Below are positions 1 to 10,357 of a stretch of DNA of 42,137 nucleotides, piece by piece. Under the pieces are notes generated by a model, which worked only from the letters and a program-made list of their open reading frames with translations, was not told where the DNA came from and searched no databases. The number at the start of each line of letters is the position of its first letter. Positions within the stretch are counted from its first letter, which is position 1. Source of the stretch: Bdellovibrionota bacterium (GTDB lineage Bacteria; Bdellovibrionota_C; UBA2361; OMII01); contig JBIKWQ010000026.1 of the NCBI GenBank assembly GCA_044356215.1, positions 1-42,137 on the forward strand, in the 5' to 3' direction. Position numbers and translations under genes: made by a program.

Positions 1-273
1 CGAGATGGGAAAAAACCGCAAGTGTATCCACTGTGATACATTGAGGATTTTTTTCCATCTCGAAAACTCGAAGAGCAGCTCAAGATCCGCTTTCGCAGTA
101 GGGAGGGTTTTGCCGGCCTTCCCTAGGGAATAATTCACTTCAGTCGCGCACCGATTAGGCCGATTGGGTACTCTGTAGTAGATAAGCCAAAGTGGGCGGA
201 TGTTAGCGCAGACTCTGGCCTAAACAGCGTACCATCAGGCAAACCATCGTCTGACATATTCACGATAATATTT

Positions 274-1524
274 ATGCGAAAGCTCACCACACTATTCCTC
301 TCGGCCGCCTCTATCTTCACGTCCGGCTGTGGCTATCTACGAATAGATCCCGATCACTTTATGATCCGAAGTGATGTCATCCAATCGGTCGAGCAGGAGA
401 AAGTGATTCTAGCTAAGGGTAACATCGGTTGGACTGAGGATGGTAAGGTCCGAGTGTTATATGTATCCGGCACTCCTTACGAGCGTGGATACCAACACGG
501 CGCGCTGCTCCGAGAGGAGGTCCGCGACAACCTTCTGACTATGTATGACAATCTCCTCGACAAGTTCAGGTTTGAGGAGCTCTTAGATGAGAGCTACGAG
601 CGACAACGTCCATTCATACCTCAAGAGTACGTTGACGAGATGCATGGCTTAGCACACGGGGCTCGTATCCCTCTAAAAGTCGTGCATGCGATTCATGCTC
701 TTCCAGAGATCACCGAGTGGGGTGGCAAGAAAAAACTCAAGAAGGTGATCAAAGATATGATGGAGGGGGTGTACGGTACATCCTGTAGTAACTTTAGCGC
801 CACAGGCTCCGCGACTCCCGATAAGAAGATGTATACAGTTCGCATCCTCGATTGGGGTCTACATAAGATATCTAAGCTCCATGAGTATCCTTTAATAACA
901 GTAACTGTACCTGAGCGTGGTATCGCTTCCGCCAATATCGGATGGATCGGCTTCCTGGGAGCTGTCTCTGGAATGAACGCTCAGGGTATCACTTTAGGTG
1001 AGATGGGCTACGGAGACCCAGAAGGCGAGACGATGCGCGGAACGCCGATGCCTTTTGTTCTAAGAGACGTCCTTACCTACTCTAAGAATCTAAAAGATGT
1101 TCGTCATCAGATCAAATCTAAGCCAGGCACGAACTCTTTTGTTTTCCTGATGAGCGATGGCAAAAACGGCGATTCCGAACTATATGTGCGCGACCGCAAC
1201 CGCTTTGAGGTTCACAAACCAGGGGTTGACCTAAAGGATGACAAAAAGGTCTTTCCCGCTATTAAAGAGGTTCTTTACGGGGGCCACTACGAGGATCGCA
1301 TGGCCAAGATCTTATCTGAGCGCCGCGGAGCAATCACGCCAGATGTAATCATGAAAGAGGTAATCCCTTTTATAGCGATGCCCTCAAACTTTCAAAATGT
1401 TGTCTACGAGCCAAAAGGCCTGCAGATTTGGTTCAACAACGCTGCGGGGCCAAAAGCCCGGGCCGCCGAGGAACCATATACGTATTTTAATTTCAAGAAG
1501 GCGCTCGATGAATTTTCATCCTGA
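274..1524 (+). CDS. C45 family Ntn-hydrolase (autoproteolytic acyltransferase/peptidase), predicted lipoprotein
   Basis: Lipobox-like TSGC after a hydrophobic N-terminus; GTPYERGYQHG, S|CSNFSA (Cys nucleophile), RILDW and SGMNAQGI motifs typical of peptidase C45. Confidence 0.8.
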   Translation: MRKLTTLFLSAASIFTSGCGYLRIDPDHFMIRSDVIQSVEQEKVILAKGNIGWTEDGKVRVLYVSGTPYERGYQHGALLREEVRDNLLTMYDNLLDKFRFEELLDESYERQRPFIPQEYVDEMHGLAHGARIPLKVVHAIHALPEITEWGGKKKLKKVIKDMMEGVYGTSCSNFSATGSATPDKKMYTVRILDWGLHKISKLHEYPLITVTVPERGIASANIGWIGFLGAVSGMNAQGITLGEMGYGDPEGETMRGTPMPFVLRDVLTYSKNLKDVRHQIKSKPGTNSFVFLMSDGKNGDSELYVRDRNRFEVHKPGVDLKDDKKVFPAIKEVLYGGHYEDRMAKILSERRGAITPDVIMKEVIPFIAMPSNFQNVVYEPKGLQIWFNNAAGPKARAAEEPYTYFNFKKALDEFSS

Positions 1525-3024
1525 AGCTCTCTCCATTACCACCACTGCTACCTCTTGGTTGCGTGTTCGCCACGGTGGTAAGACTGTGTAGCTTTTATGC
1601 AGATCCTTCAGATTTAGATCATCTAGGGTCGCTCTCTTCCCGATCACTACGACCCGCCCACGCTCGGCCAAAAGACCTAAGAGCTCTTCTCGCGAATTAA
1701 CAACAGATGGGTGCATTGACAACATGCGGATTGAAACCTTTTCGGTAGACTCGAAATCAGGATAACCAAATTGAGCTACGGCTACCGCACCGTATCTATC
1801 TCGCAGATCAACAACGGTTCGATCTAGAATTCTTATCTTGTTCGCTTTCCACACGGAAACCGCCGTATGAATCCCTCCCCCGATCGCTCCGATTATGAGG
1901 ACGCCTAAAGCGACTCGAGTAAATACGACTCTCCTTTTCGGGAGAGAATCCCGCCTTTTTGATAAAATAGAGCTGAGGTCATCCCATACCGCCCCAAAAA
2001 GAATACTCCCCGCGGGAATAGCCGGATCGATGTACCAGGGCCAACGAGTACGCACAAAGCTAAAGGCCACTACCACAACCGTGAACCAGATACACAGAAT
2101 CGGCCAATAGCTCTCTTTTGTTCGAATCGACCGCCAAACAGCGTAGGTGAATACTGGAACGACCAAAAGAGGTGGGAAGAACCTCCACGGCTCAACTAGC
2201 TGCGAAAGGTAAAACGACGGTCCCTTGGCTCGGTTATAGTTATGAGATATCCGCGTGAGGATCTCCTGTTGGATACCAACGGTATACAGGTCCGGATACC
2301 TAGCTATCGCTGGTATGTAGTAGACCAGCGGCAAAGCGCAGGCGATAATAGTATCAACTAAAAAACCACCGACTACTGAGAAGGTAAGAGGCTTGGCCGG
2401 TCGAATCGCGATTATAACCGCGGTAAGGGGCAAAACAAGTAAACCTCCAGCACTTTTGGAGAACATGGCGCAAGCAAAGGATAAGATCCAGAGAATGCGC
2501 CATCGAGAGAAGCGCCGAGTATCATCCCTCCGCATCCATGCCGCATAAACAGCGGCGATAAGAAATAAATTTAAAGGAGCGTCCAGACAACCACGTCGGA
2601 TCCCGTTTAAGAAAACAAAAACCCATGATCCAGACAGCGTCACTACCGCCAAAGCGGCTCCAAATTTTGAAAGACCCATCCGGCGAGCAAGCGCGTAGGT
2701 CAACAGAAATATTCCAAAGCCACTCAGCGCGCTAAAGAGTCGATGGGTCAAGGGAGCTTCACCAAAGATATAGCAGAAGATAGCGGCGCACCAATTCACA
2801 AACGGTATCTTAGCGTAGTACGGGTTACCATCGAAAAATGGACGCAACCACTGTCCATCAGAAAAGACACTCTGCGTCACATGCGCGTAAAGCGTCTCAT
2901 CAGCCGGAGATAGGGAAGCTTGAATATTAAAAAAGCAACAGTAGGCGCACCAAAGCACTAATAATACAAACGCCGCGGATTGAACCCGAGATGTTTGAGA
3001 GGAAGAGATGTTGTTATTTAACAT
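1516..3024 (-). CDS. ArnT/PMT-like (GT-C) membrane glycosyltransferase
   Basis: Polytopic membrane protein with DE motif (ADETLY), W-x-x-P..YYAKIP, RLFSAL and FSKS motifs. Confidence 0.85.
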   Translation of the reverse strand: MLNNNISSSQTSRVQSAAFVLLVLWCAYCCFFNIQASLSPADETLYAHVTQSVFSDGQWLRPFFDGNPYYAKIPFVNWCAAIFCYIFGEAPLTHRLFSALSGFGIFLLTYALARRMGLSKFGAALAVVTLSGSWVFVFLNGIRRGCLDAPLNLFLIAAVYAAWMRRDDTRRFSRWRILWILSFACAMFSKSAGGLLVLPLTAVIIAIRPAKPLTFSVVGGFLVDTIIACALPLVYYIPAIARYPDLYTVGIQQEILTRISHNYNRAKGPSFYLSQLVEPWRFFPPLLVVPVFTYAVWRSIRTKESYWPILCIWFTVVVVAFSFVRTRWPWYIDPAIPAGSILFGAVWDDLSSILSKRRDSLPKRRVVFTRVALGVLIIGAIGGGIHTAVSVWKANKIRILDRTVVDLRDRYGAVAVAQFGYPDFESTEKVSIRMLSMHPSVVNSREELLGLLAERGRVVVIGKRATLDDLNLKDLHKSYTVLPPWRTRNQEVAVVVMERASG

Positions 3025-3223
3025 GGGCCAGGAATGTCTTGGTAAGCTTCTGGCCTACTTACCACATCATAAGAAATACTCAAACATACCTGCGGGTTAA
3101 TCATTTCTCCGATCCTACATCACCCATCAGTAGCAAAAATAACACTATTACTATAGGCTGCTTAGCGCACGAATTACGGCTATTCGGTCATAACTGTATT
3201 AAGCGGTATAGCGGTGGCTTTTA

Positions 3224-6200
3224 GTGAGAGAAATGGTGTGTAAGATTAGCGGTTTTAGCTTGCATTTCCACGATGAGAAACAGGTGTATGATGGGGCAAC
3301 TCACTCAGCCTCTCTCCTTACGACACTCATCAGCAGTGCGTCTCGTATTCTTATCACCGCAACCCTGTTTTTAGCCCCGCTTCTGCTTAGCGGCGCCTTA
3401 TCCGCGCAGGTATCGGTGGTTGATCAATCTAATTCAGCTAAAGCGACTAAATCATCAACTCGCGCCACCTGTTACGATACTAAGTCTGAGACTCACTGGG
3501 TCTTCTGGTATACCGGATCAGAAATCGATTTCGCTTCTTCATCGGACACAGATGTTTGGACTAACAAAGGGAGCCTACCTTACAGTTCATCTAGTCTATC
3601 AGTGACCTGTCGCGTCTTCGGTGAATCATCCCTGGTATTTCTAACCACCGTCACAACATCCGGGGAGATAATGCTTTTTAGGGGAACTATCGCCGACGCT
3701 CAATTGAATTTTGATAGCGGAGTTGCTGTCTTTGAGTCACCAGGCGCTGGAGAGCGGTACATCTATCCACACATAGCCCTAGATAACGCAGGCCGGATTT
3801 GGGTGGCGGCATTCCTGGATCTCGGTCCGGTCGGTGATCGCTTCCAGCTCGTTACCAGACGCACATCTCAAAGTGGAGATAGCGTGATCTTTTTTGACCC
3901 GACGAGTCGAGTTGGCAAGCCATCAGCTTCAGTAAGTGGAGTCAGCCTCGCCGCTCTTCAAGGGGATGCGATTCTCGCTGTTGTATCGGGTGAGAGCGGA
4001 AATGGGATCGTCGCTTATCAATTTGATGGGAGCACCTGGTCACTTGCTGGATCTGGGGGTGAGTATCGAGCGAGCCTCTTTGCTCAAGGCGGAATGAACC
4101 GAGATGTAAAGACCGTGGCTGTTTTAGGAGATGATGTATACGTTGGCGGCACATTTACCCGAGCTGGCGGTGTCGTCGCTAGCTACATCGCCAAATGGGA
4201 CGGGGAATCGTGGAGCGATGTTGGCGGTGGTTTTAATGGCGGAGTTTCCAAACTAGCTGTGTCCGGTGGCGAGCTCTATGCAGCCGGAGGCTTTACCTTA
4301 GCCGGAAATGTCGCAGCCAATCGGATCGCCAAGTGGGATGGCTCAAGATGGATACGTCTTGGCACAGGCGTTAACAGTTCCATCTTCGATTTGCTATTCA
4401 TCGGAAATGATCTCTACGCCGCCGGCGCGTTTTCTGAAGCTGGTGGAGTAGGGGCTAGCAAGATCGCTAAATGGGATGGCAGCTCTTGGAGCGCCTTGGG
4501 CAGCGGATTGAATGGAGACGTAACGGCACTAGCGCGCATGGGTGATCTTGTTTACGCGGCGGGATCATTCAGTACCGCCGGAGGTTCCCCAGCCAGCAAT
4601 ATCGCCGTATGGAGTGGGTTTTCGTGGGGTGCGTTGGGAACAGGAATCACTGGTCAGGTTAAAGATCTCGCTGTTATCGGATCCGATCTCTATGCCGCGG
4701 GGAGCTTTAGCTCTGCCGGAGGTGTTACCGCTAATTGCCTTGCTAGGTGGCGTAATGGGACCTGGGGGCCGGTTGATAGCAGTCCGATCGCGAGATTTAA
4801 TAATACAGTAACCTCACTCGAGGTTGATGGAAACGATCTCTATGTAGGGGGCTATTTTACAACTGTGAATTTTGCCCCAATGTATCTAATCGCCAAATGG
4901 AACGGAAATTCCTGGAGCTCTCTCGGAGCAGGAATTTCTGGCAACACAGTTGAGACGATGGCGATCGCTGGAAGAAAGCTATATGTCGGAGGCTCTTTCA
5001 CAGCGGCTGGTAACGCCAACACCGCTAATTTTGCGAGCTGGGGCCTCGACGACTCTACTTGGCGCGGTTTTGGAAGTGGAGTTAACGGTTACGTCTATTC
5101 AATGGCGTTTATCGGCCCAGATCTATACGTCGGCGGAAGCTTTACAGCTATTGGAGGGGTGGCGGCTAGATACATAGCTCGCTGGGACGGATCTAAATGG
5201 AACTCGGTTGGTGGCGGCGTCAACTCAATCGTAAGAACTGTAAAAGCGATCGGTAATGATCTTTATATAGGTGGTCTATTCACCACGGCTGGAGATATAA
5301 GCGCGCCGTATATCGCCAGGTGGGACGGCACAGCATGGAACACAGTTGGTGGAGGAACAGATGGAAACGTTTTGGCGATCGAGAGCTTAAATGGCGAGCT
5401 CTATGTTGGAGGACCTTTCCGGACTGCAGGCGGAAAAACGGTCAATTTTATAGCGAAGTGGGACGGCAATAGCTGGAGCGCCCTTGGTACCGGCATGAGC
5501 CAGACCGTAAGCTCCCTGGCTGTTTTGAATAATGTTCTTTATGCCGGGGGTCTCTTCGGCACTGCCGGAGGTATCGCGGCTAGCAAGATCGCTTCATGGG
5601 ACGGATCAAAATGGAGTTCGGTGGGCTCCGGCCTAAACGAAGAAGCATCGGTAATTAAACCGATTAGGGGAGAGCTCTATGTTGGTGGAGGTTTCCGAAC
5701 TGCTGGTGGTAGCTCAGTCAATTACATCGCGATTTGGAATGGCAGATCATGGCGAGGCCTAGGCACTGGCACGAATAATTGGGTATATGGAATTGATACA
5801 AACGGTACCGATATAATCGCCACTGGTGCCTTTACAGCGGCGGGCGGCACTTCCGCTAATTATATCGCCAGATGGGATGGCACACGGTGGAACGCTTTAG
5901 GCGATGGCAACACGAGCTCGATCTGGTCAGTCGCTGTGTCAGGAAATGATATCTATGCCGGTGGACAAGCACCAGCCTTATTCCAACGTGGAGTCGCTAA
6001 CGATCAGCTCGTTGGAACAGTCGCGTCTTTAGTCAGCGGAGCATCAGGATCCGCGCACCTAACTTACATAGATACTAACCGCGACATAAAACTTCGAAGC
6101 TACCAAGGCTCTCCGCAATCGTGGTCTACAACAAGAATTGCCTACACTGGAAGCGTGAGCTCTCTCGCGATGAGTTTCGCGCCAACCACATCGAAATTAA

Positions 6201-7372
6201 TAAATTGGTTTATCGATTCAGGGAGCGTCTGGCGCCACGAATCTATAGCGCCTTTTAACACCTGGTCGAATCCTGAACAGATAAATAGCCAGGGACAGCC
6301 GCGATCAGTCGACGCGGACCGCGTGGGTAACTGGCGCGGCCACGCGTTAGCGATCTGGACACGCGCTAACTCAACTAACTTTGATGTTATGGCGTCGTTG
6401 GGAATCGGACAGGCTGGCTTACCGACCGATACTCCAACCGCGACGGCCACGAGCACGCCGACAGATACATTCACTCCAACCGCTACATTCACGGTTACCG
6501 CAACCGCTACGCTCACCTACACGATGACCTTTACATCAACGCCGGAGAATACCCCGACTAACTCTCCGACACCGACCCTGGTACCAACGAATACCTCTAC
6601 ACCACTCCCTCCCGCTACTCCAACTAACACACCTACGCCTAATTTTCCGGCTTTTAGCGCCGGGACCTTGAGCATATCTGGTCAGGTAGTTGAACAGAGC
6701 GACGCTCCTGTTGAGGGCGTTTTGGTCTATTCCGCTGATTTAGGGGTAGCGTCGACGAATAGCCGAGGAGATTTTACTCTACGAGGAGCGCGGGCTGGTT
6801 TTGATTATGAATTGGTAATCCGTAAAGACGGCATTATACCTCCAGACGAGCCAGCTATAACGAGAAGCGATCGTTACGCTAAAATCGTTGTAACTCGCGC
6901 GCCTAAGCCACCATCTCAGTGTACGGCGAGAGACATCTCGCGATTACTCTTGCAAGCTGGGACTCTAGCTTCGCGTCTATATAAGTTGGCGATAGAGGAC
7001 CTGCAACTTGTAGCTAATAGGAGGGCACTGGCCGTTCCGACAAAAAACATGAGTGAGGTGCATTATCTATTAAGAAGTTTTATGATCGCAAGCTCTACAA
7101 TCCCTGACGTAATTCGCACCTGTCCTCAGTCAGTAAAGGACGTGAGCTTATGCTCAACGGCGCAGACTAAGCCTGGAAAGACATCGCTGCTATCCCTCAG
7201 CAAGGGTCTAAGAAGCAACGCACTTTTAGGAAATAGATTAATGCGCGAGATTAAAGCGCGTGGAGCCGCTCCGTCAGCGAAAAGAGTGCGACTAGTGCGC
7301 GACATATCCACTCAGCTAACGAGACTTATGCCCCTTATTCCAGCGTCATCAGATCTTTGTGTACCTCGGTAG
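3224..7372 (+). CDS. Large secreted/surface protein: ~14 repeats of ~46 aa (beta-propeller blades), Pro/Thr linker, carboxypeptidase-regulatory-like beta domain, basic Cys-containing C-terminal domain
   Basis: Signal-peptide-like ...LLLSGALSA|QV; repeats G-x-N..V..L....LYVGG.F..AGG..A..IA.WDG..W..LG; TPTATATSTPT linker; ISGQVV....PVEGVLV. The true start may lie downstream of 3224. Confidence 0.75.
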   Translation: MREMVCKISGFSLHFHDEKQVYDGATHSASLLTTLISSASRILITATLFLAPLLLSGALSAQVSVVDQSNSAKATKSSTRATCYDTKSETHWVFWYTGSEIDFASSSDTDVWTNKGSLPYSSSSLSVTCRVFGESSLVFLTTVTTSGEIMLFRGTIADAQLNFDSGVAVFESPGAGERYIYPHIALDNAGRIWVAAFLDLGPVGDRFQLVTRRTSQSGDSVIFFDPTSRVGKPSASVSGVSLAALQGDAILAVVSGESGNGIVAYQFDGSTWSLAGSGGEYRASLFAQGGMNRDVKTVAVLGDDVYVGGTFTRAGGVVASYIAKWDGESWSDVGGGFNGGVSKLAVSGGELYAAGGFTLAGNVAANRIAKWDGSRWIRLGTGVNSSIFDLLFIGNDLYAAGAFSEAGGVGASKIAKWDGSSWSALGSGLNGDVTALARMGDLVYAAGSFSTAGGSPASNIAVWSGFSWGALGTGITGQVKDLAVIGSDLYAAGSFSSAGGVTANCLARWRNGTWGPVDSSPIARFNNTVTSLEVDGNDLYVGGYFTTVNFAPMYLIAKWNGNSWSSLGAGISGNTVETMAIAGRKLYVGGSFTAAGNANTANFASWGLDDSTWRGFGSGVNGYVYSMAFIGPDLYVGGSFTAIGGVAARYIARWDGSKWNSVGGGVNSIVRTVKAIGNDLYIGGLFTTAGDISAPYIARWDGTAWNTVGGGTDGNVLAIESLNGELYVGGPFRTAGGKTVNFIAKWDGNSWSALGTGMSQTVSSLAVLNNVLYAGGLFGTAGGIAASKIASWDGSKWSSVGSGLNEEASVIKPIRGELYVGGGFRTAGGSSVNYIAIWNGRSWRGLGTGTNNWVYGIDTNGTDIIATGAFTAAGGTSANYIARWDGTRWNALGDGNTSSIWSVAVSGNDIYAGGQAPALFQRGVANDQLVGTVASLVSGASGSAHLTYIDTNRDIKLRSYQGSPQSWSTTRIAYTGSVSSLAMSFAPTTSKLINWFIDSGSVWRHESIAPFNTWSNPEQINSQGQPRSVDADRVGNWRGHALAIWTRANSTNFDVMASLGIGQAGLPTDTPTATATSTPTDTFTPTATFTVTATATLTYTMTFTSTPENTPTNSPTPTLVPTNTSTPLPPATPTNTPTPNFPAFSAGTLSISGQVVEQSDAPVEGVLVYSADLGVASTNSRGDFTLRGARAGFDYELVIRKDGIIPPDEPAITRSDRYAKIVVTRAPKPPSQCTARDISRLLLQAGTLASRLYKLAIEDLQLVANRRALAVPTKNMSEVHYLLRSFMIASSTIPDVIRTCPQSVKDVSLCSTAQTKPGKTSLLSLSKGLRSNALLGNRLMREIKARGAAPSAKRVRLVRDISTQLTRLMPLIPASSDLCVPR

Positions 7373-7545
7373 GTCAGCCATCGATAAACCCAGCGAGTCA
7401 TTTTTTTCAAAAATCACTCGCGCAGGGTTTAGAATGTTAGATTGTTAAATAAAGACTGCTCCACGGAACGCTACTTGTGAGTTTTGTTTATCTGGTGAGC
7501 AGTTACCATTTGCTCCGCAAAGCCGCCCCATAATACGGGCGCACG

Positions 7546-8439
7546 TTATTGCGGCAGAATATCCTGAGAGTTACCATGCTGCTTAATTTGCTCACACGCT
7601 CGCATATTATAAGAGACGATCATGTGCGGCAGGGTGAGCCCAGCGATCAGACAGATCGACGCGGCGAATAGCTGATTAATATCCGAAAAATCAAATATAC
7701 GCGCGAAGGGTAAGAGCCCTACGATTGCCAATAGTGAGATGAGGGCAAAGTCCAAAGGGATCTTTAGCTGGCTTGAATGAAAAAGCGTCTTACACAACTC
7801 TAAATGCTGACGTGAGTGTCGCCCAATAAACCAGACGCTAAATCCCGCAAGAGGTGGCAGAAGCACCCAACCAAAAAGACAAAGGCATCGCTCGATGATG
7901 GTCTCCGTAGGTGCGAGGCGGCGCAGACATTCCCGCGCGACAATAAACGAGGATATTACTAAAACAATCAGCGACAACACGCGGACCTTTGGCGCGAGTA
8001 ATTCATAAGTTGAGGGATCAACAAAATATCCTAGATACTGCATCGAAGTGTCGGAGTGTAACCCAATAGGGAGAAGTATAGCTCCTATTCCAAATAGGAC
8101 TCCGGAGACCAAGCTAGCTGGCGCGCTTGATTGGAACTCCCCCTCTGAGAAGTGAATCGCGGAGATTGCGAGAAACAGCGTTAGCCCGATGCCAGGTGTA
8201 AAGACACACAGAGCGCTCATCAAAAAGACGCATACGAGATAGATTGCTACTATCTTTGCTGGTGAGATCTCTCTACTACTCCACTTTGCCTTGGCGACCC
8301 GCAGATCGTATGATCCGTGAGGAATTCCAGCGCAGATCATAAGCATCAAAGCTATCCACTCAGCAACATTTGGTAGCGCATAAGAAAAGAGCGTCATCAA
8401 TATAAAGAGGATGATAACGAGACGAGTTCCACTGTTCAT
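7546..8439 (-). CDS. blh: Brp/Blh family beta-carotene 15,15'-dioxygenase
   Basis: GIPHGSYD, SAIHF, HSRQH and GLTLPHM His motifs; last gene of the rhodopsin-crt cluster. Confidence 0.93.
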   Translation of the reverse strand: MNSGTRLVIILFILMTLFSYALPNVAEWIALMLMICAGIPHGSYDLRVAKAKWSSREISPAKIVAIYLVCVFLMSALCVFTPGIGLTLFLAISAIHFSEGEFQSSAPASLVSGVLFGIGAILLPIGLHSDTSMQYLGYFVDPSTYELLAPKVRVLSLIVLVISSFIVARECLRRLAPTETIIERCLCLFGWVLLPPLAGFSVWFIGRHSRQHLELCKTLFHSSQLKIPLDFALISLLAIVGLLPFARIFDFSDINQLFAASICLIAGLTLPHMIVSYNMRACEQIKQHGNSQDILPQ

Positions 8440-9539
8440 ATACGAATGAGACTCCTAAGCATCGTGAGTTTAGGGACTGAACACCAAACTGAGATGGCCT
8501 CAGACCACGATGGCTCTCCTGATAGAAAGGCGATGAGGGATCTCTCTGGCGATCGTTCTAGGAGTCGGCCGAGTATGTACCCTCCATTAAGAGGGTCTCT
8601 CCTTAATGCCCGCAAAAACAACCTATCTCCAAATTGAATTAATCGTGGATGCGGATATCCGCTGGCTGCTCTGCCGTCTAAAATAGATCGAGCTAGCTCG
8701 GTAGTGTGCCGCAATGTGGCCGCGAACGCGTAACCAGTGGCTGGTCTTACCGCTCCGGCGTTACTTCCTACGATGAGGTTATCCTCGCTCTGCTTATCTA
8801 GAATAAGCCCCATCGGAATAACCCCGCGCTCTGAATTTTTAATTTGAAAATCAGACCGCATCTGCGAATTAAGCCAGTCTCGGCACTGCTCTAAGTGATA
8901 TCGCTCTGGTAATGGCGTAGGGCTAAACGTTGTATGCTCTATCAACGCTGAATGGGCAGTGGTAGGAAGAACATAGATGAAGCTTACGGGAGCTTCGACG
9001 CTACTTCCCTGCAGATCCATCAGGGTCGCGACTGTGGGGTCAAATACCGGCTGCTCGGTCTCTACCCACATCCCAGCGAATGATTGCCACATCGAGGATT
9101 TTGCCTCAGAGGGGCAGAATGCGGCATCGATAACGAGATCGAAACGTGTCTTTGTTTCCGCTGTCTCAATCCAATGCGAACCGATTAAAACCTTTTGGCA
9201 GTCCCAGTGAAAGATGACCCCAGAATGCTCTAAATCTCTTAGAGTGTAATCAGAAAAATCATCGCCGCGGATCAACGTGTATGGATTAGAGGACACATCG
9301 AGCGTGCGGCTAAAGGAACTACTTCTAAACGCGATGTTAGGCCATTCATAACGCGGCAGATAATCTAAGTTGAACTCCCGTGGCTTAAAAAAACAGAATG
9401 TTCGCTGCGGATGCGGCAGTCGAGGCCGGAGGTCATACACCGAGATTGAAAGCTCAGGCCGAGCTTTTATCAGAGCCCTTGCCATGCTTAAGCCTGAGAG
9501 CCCTGCTCCTCTGATTCCTACTGTTCTAATCGTTCGCAT
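8436..9539 (-). CDS. crtY: Lycopene beta-cyclase
   Basis: GIRGAGLSGLS FAD motif, TLMD, FIYVLP, ALIEHT, ERGVIPM, RPATGYAF; start taken at ATG 9539. Confidence 0.9.
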   Translation of the reverse strand: MRTIRTVGIRGAGLSGLSMARALIKARPELSISVYDLRPRLPHPQRTFCFFKPREFNLDYLPRYEWPNIAFRSSSFSRTLDVSSNPYTLIRGDDFSDYTLRDLEHSGVIFHWDCQKVLIGSHWIETAETKTRFDLVIDAAFCPSEAKSSMWQSFAGMWVETEQPVFDPTVATLMDLQGSSVEAPVSFIYVLPTTAHSALIEHTTFSPTPLPERYHLEQCRDWLNSQMRSDFQIKNSERGVIPMGLILDKQSEDNLIVGSNAGAVRPATGYAFAATLRHTTELARSILDGRAASGYPHPRLIQFGDRLFLRALRRDPLNGGYILGRLLERSPERSLIAFLSGEPSWSEAISVWCSVPKLTMLRSLIRI

Positions 9540-10357
9540 TGACGCGTCCTCGTGAGGGCCACAGAGCATGCGATGCGGGCTTTATGAAAGAATGGAACCA
9601 CCGCACGACTACGTGATAGCGCGTTGTTTGTAATGACTCTTTCTCCGATAGCGCGGTAACACTGCGCCGCTACCTCTATTCCGAAGCGACAATCAGACGC
9701 CAGGTAACGCAGACCTGAAAGGCCTCGGGCGTACCGAACATCCGCTAGACTGAGAATCTTTCGAGCTGCTTGAACAGTGAGATCTGCCACTTCCCCCCGC
9801 AAGACACGAAGAGGCGACAAATGATCAGCGGCCAACCACGACCGTGGCAGATAGGTTCTTCCGTGAGCCTGATCTTCAAATATATCTCGCGAGATGTTTG
9901 TATACTGCATAGCGATTCCAAGATCCGCCGCATAACTTTGGCCGAGTGGTGAGGTGCCGCCAAGTATCGGATACATGACGAGCCCAACATTTCCGGCGAC
10001 TCCATAAGAGTAGCGCTCTAAATCTGCTTCGTCGTTGATTACAAGGCCTGGTAGATCCTCCCGGCACGCGTCTACAAGAGCCGCAAGAGGTTCCTGAATC
10101 TGAGGGAAGCTGGTTATAAGTGGCATTAGCGGGCTCACTAATTCTACCGAGCAATCGGCATCGCGCACCCCCGCTGCTATCGCGAGCAACCGCTGGTCGC
10201 GATCTGCCGGCGCGGGAGTGGCGTCAGCTAGATCATCAACCGCGCGACAGAAATCGTAAGCGCAAGCGGCGTTTATGCGCACATGCTTAGGGAGCCAAAG
10301 AGCCGCAAAATAGAAGGTCCGTCCGGCCTTACGGATGTTAGACATCTCCCCGCTCAT
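9518..10357 (-). CDS. crtB: Phytoene synthase
   Basis: YDFCRAVDDLAD, YSYGVAGNVGL, LGIAMQYTNISRDI.ED...GRTYLP. Confidence 0.95.
   Translation of the reverse strand: MSGEMSNIRKAGRTFYFAALWLPKHVRINAACAYDFCRAVDDLADATPAPADRDQRLLAIAAGVRDADCSVELVSPLMPLITSFPQIQEPLAALVDACREDLPGLVINDEADLERYSYGVAGNVGLVMYPILGGTSPLGQSYAADLGIAMQYTNISRDIFEDQAHGRTYLPRSWLAADHLSPLRVLRGEVADLTVQAARKILSLADVRYARGLSGLRYLASDCRFGIEVAAQCYRAIGERVITNNALSRSRAVVPFFHKARIACSVALTRTRQCERLEQ

Noticed and set aside
4088..5964. DGR template/variable repeats in the repeat protein
   Set aside because: Repeats differ at all base types and no reverse transcriptase gene is present
6142..6516. Antisense VAVGV-rich ORF, and similar shadow ORFs at 38430-38624 and elsewhere
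   Set aside because: Reverse-strand shadows of Pro/Thr linkers or of well-supported genes
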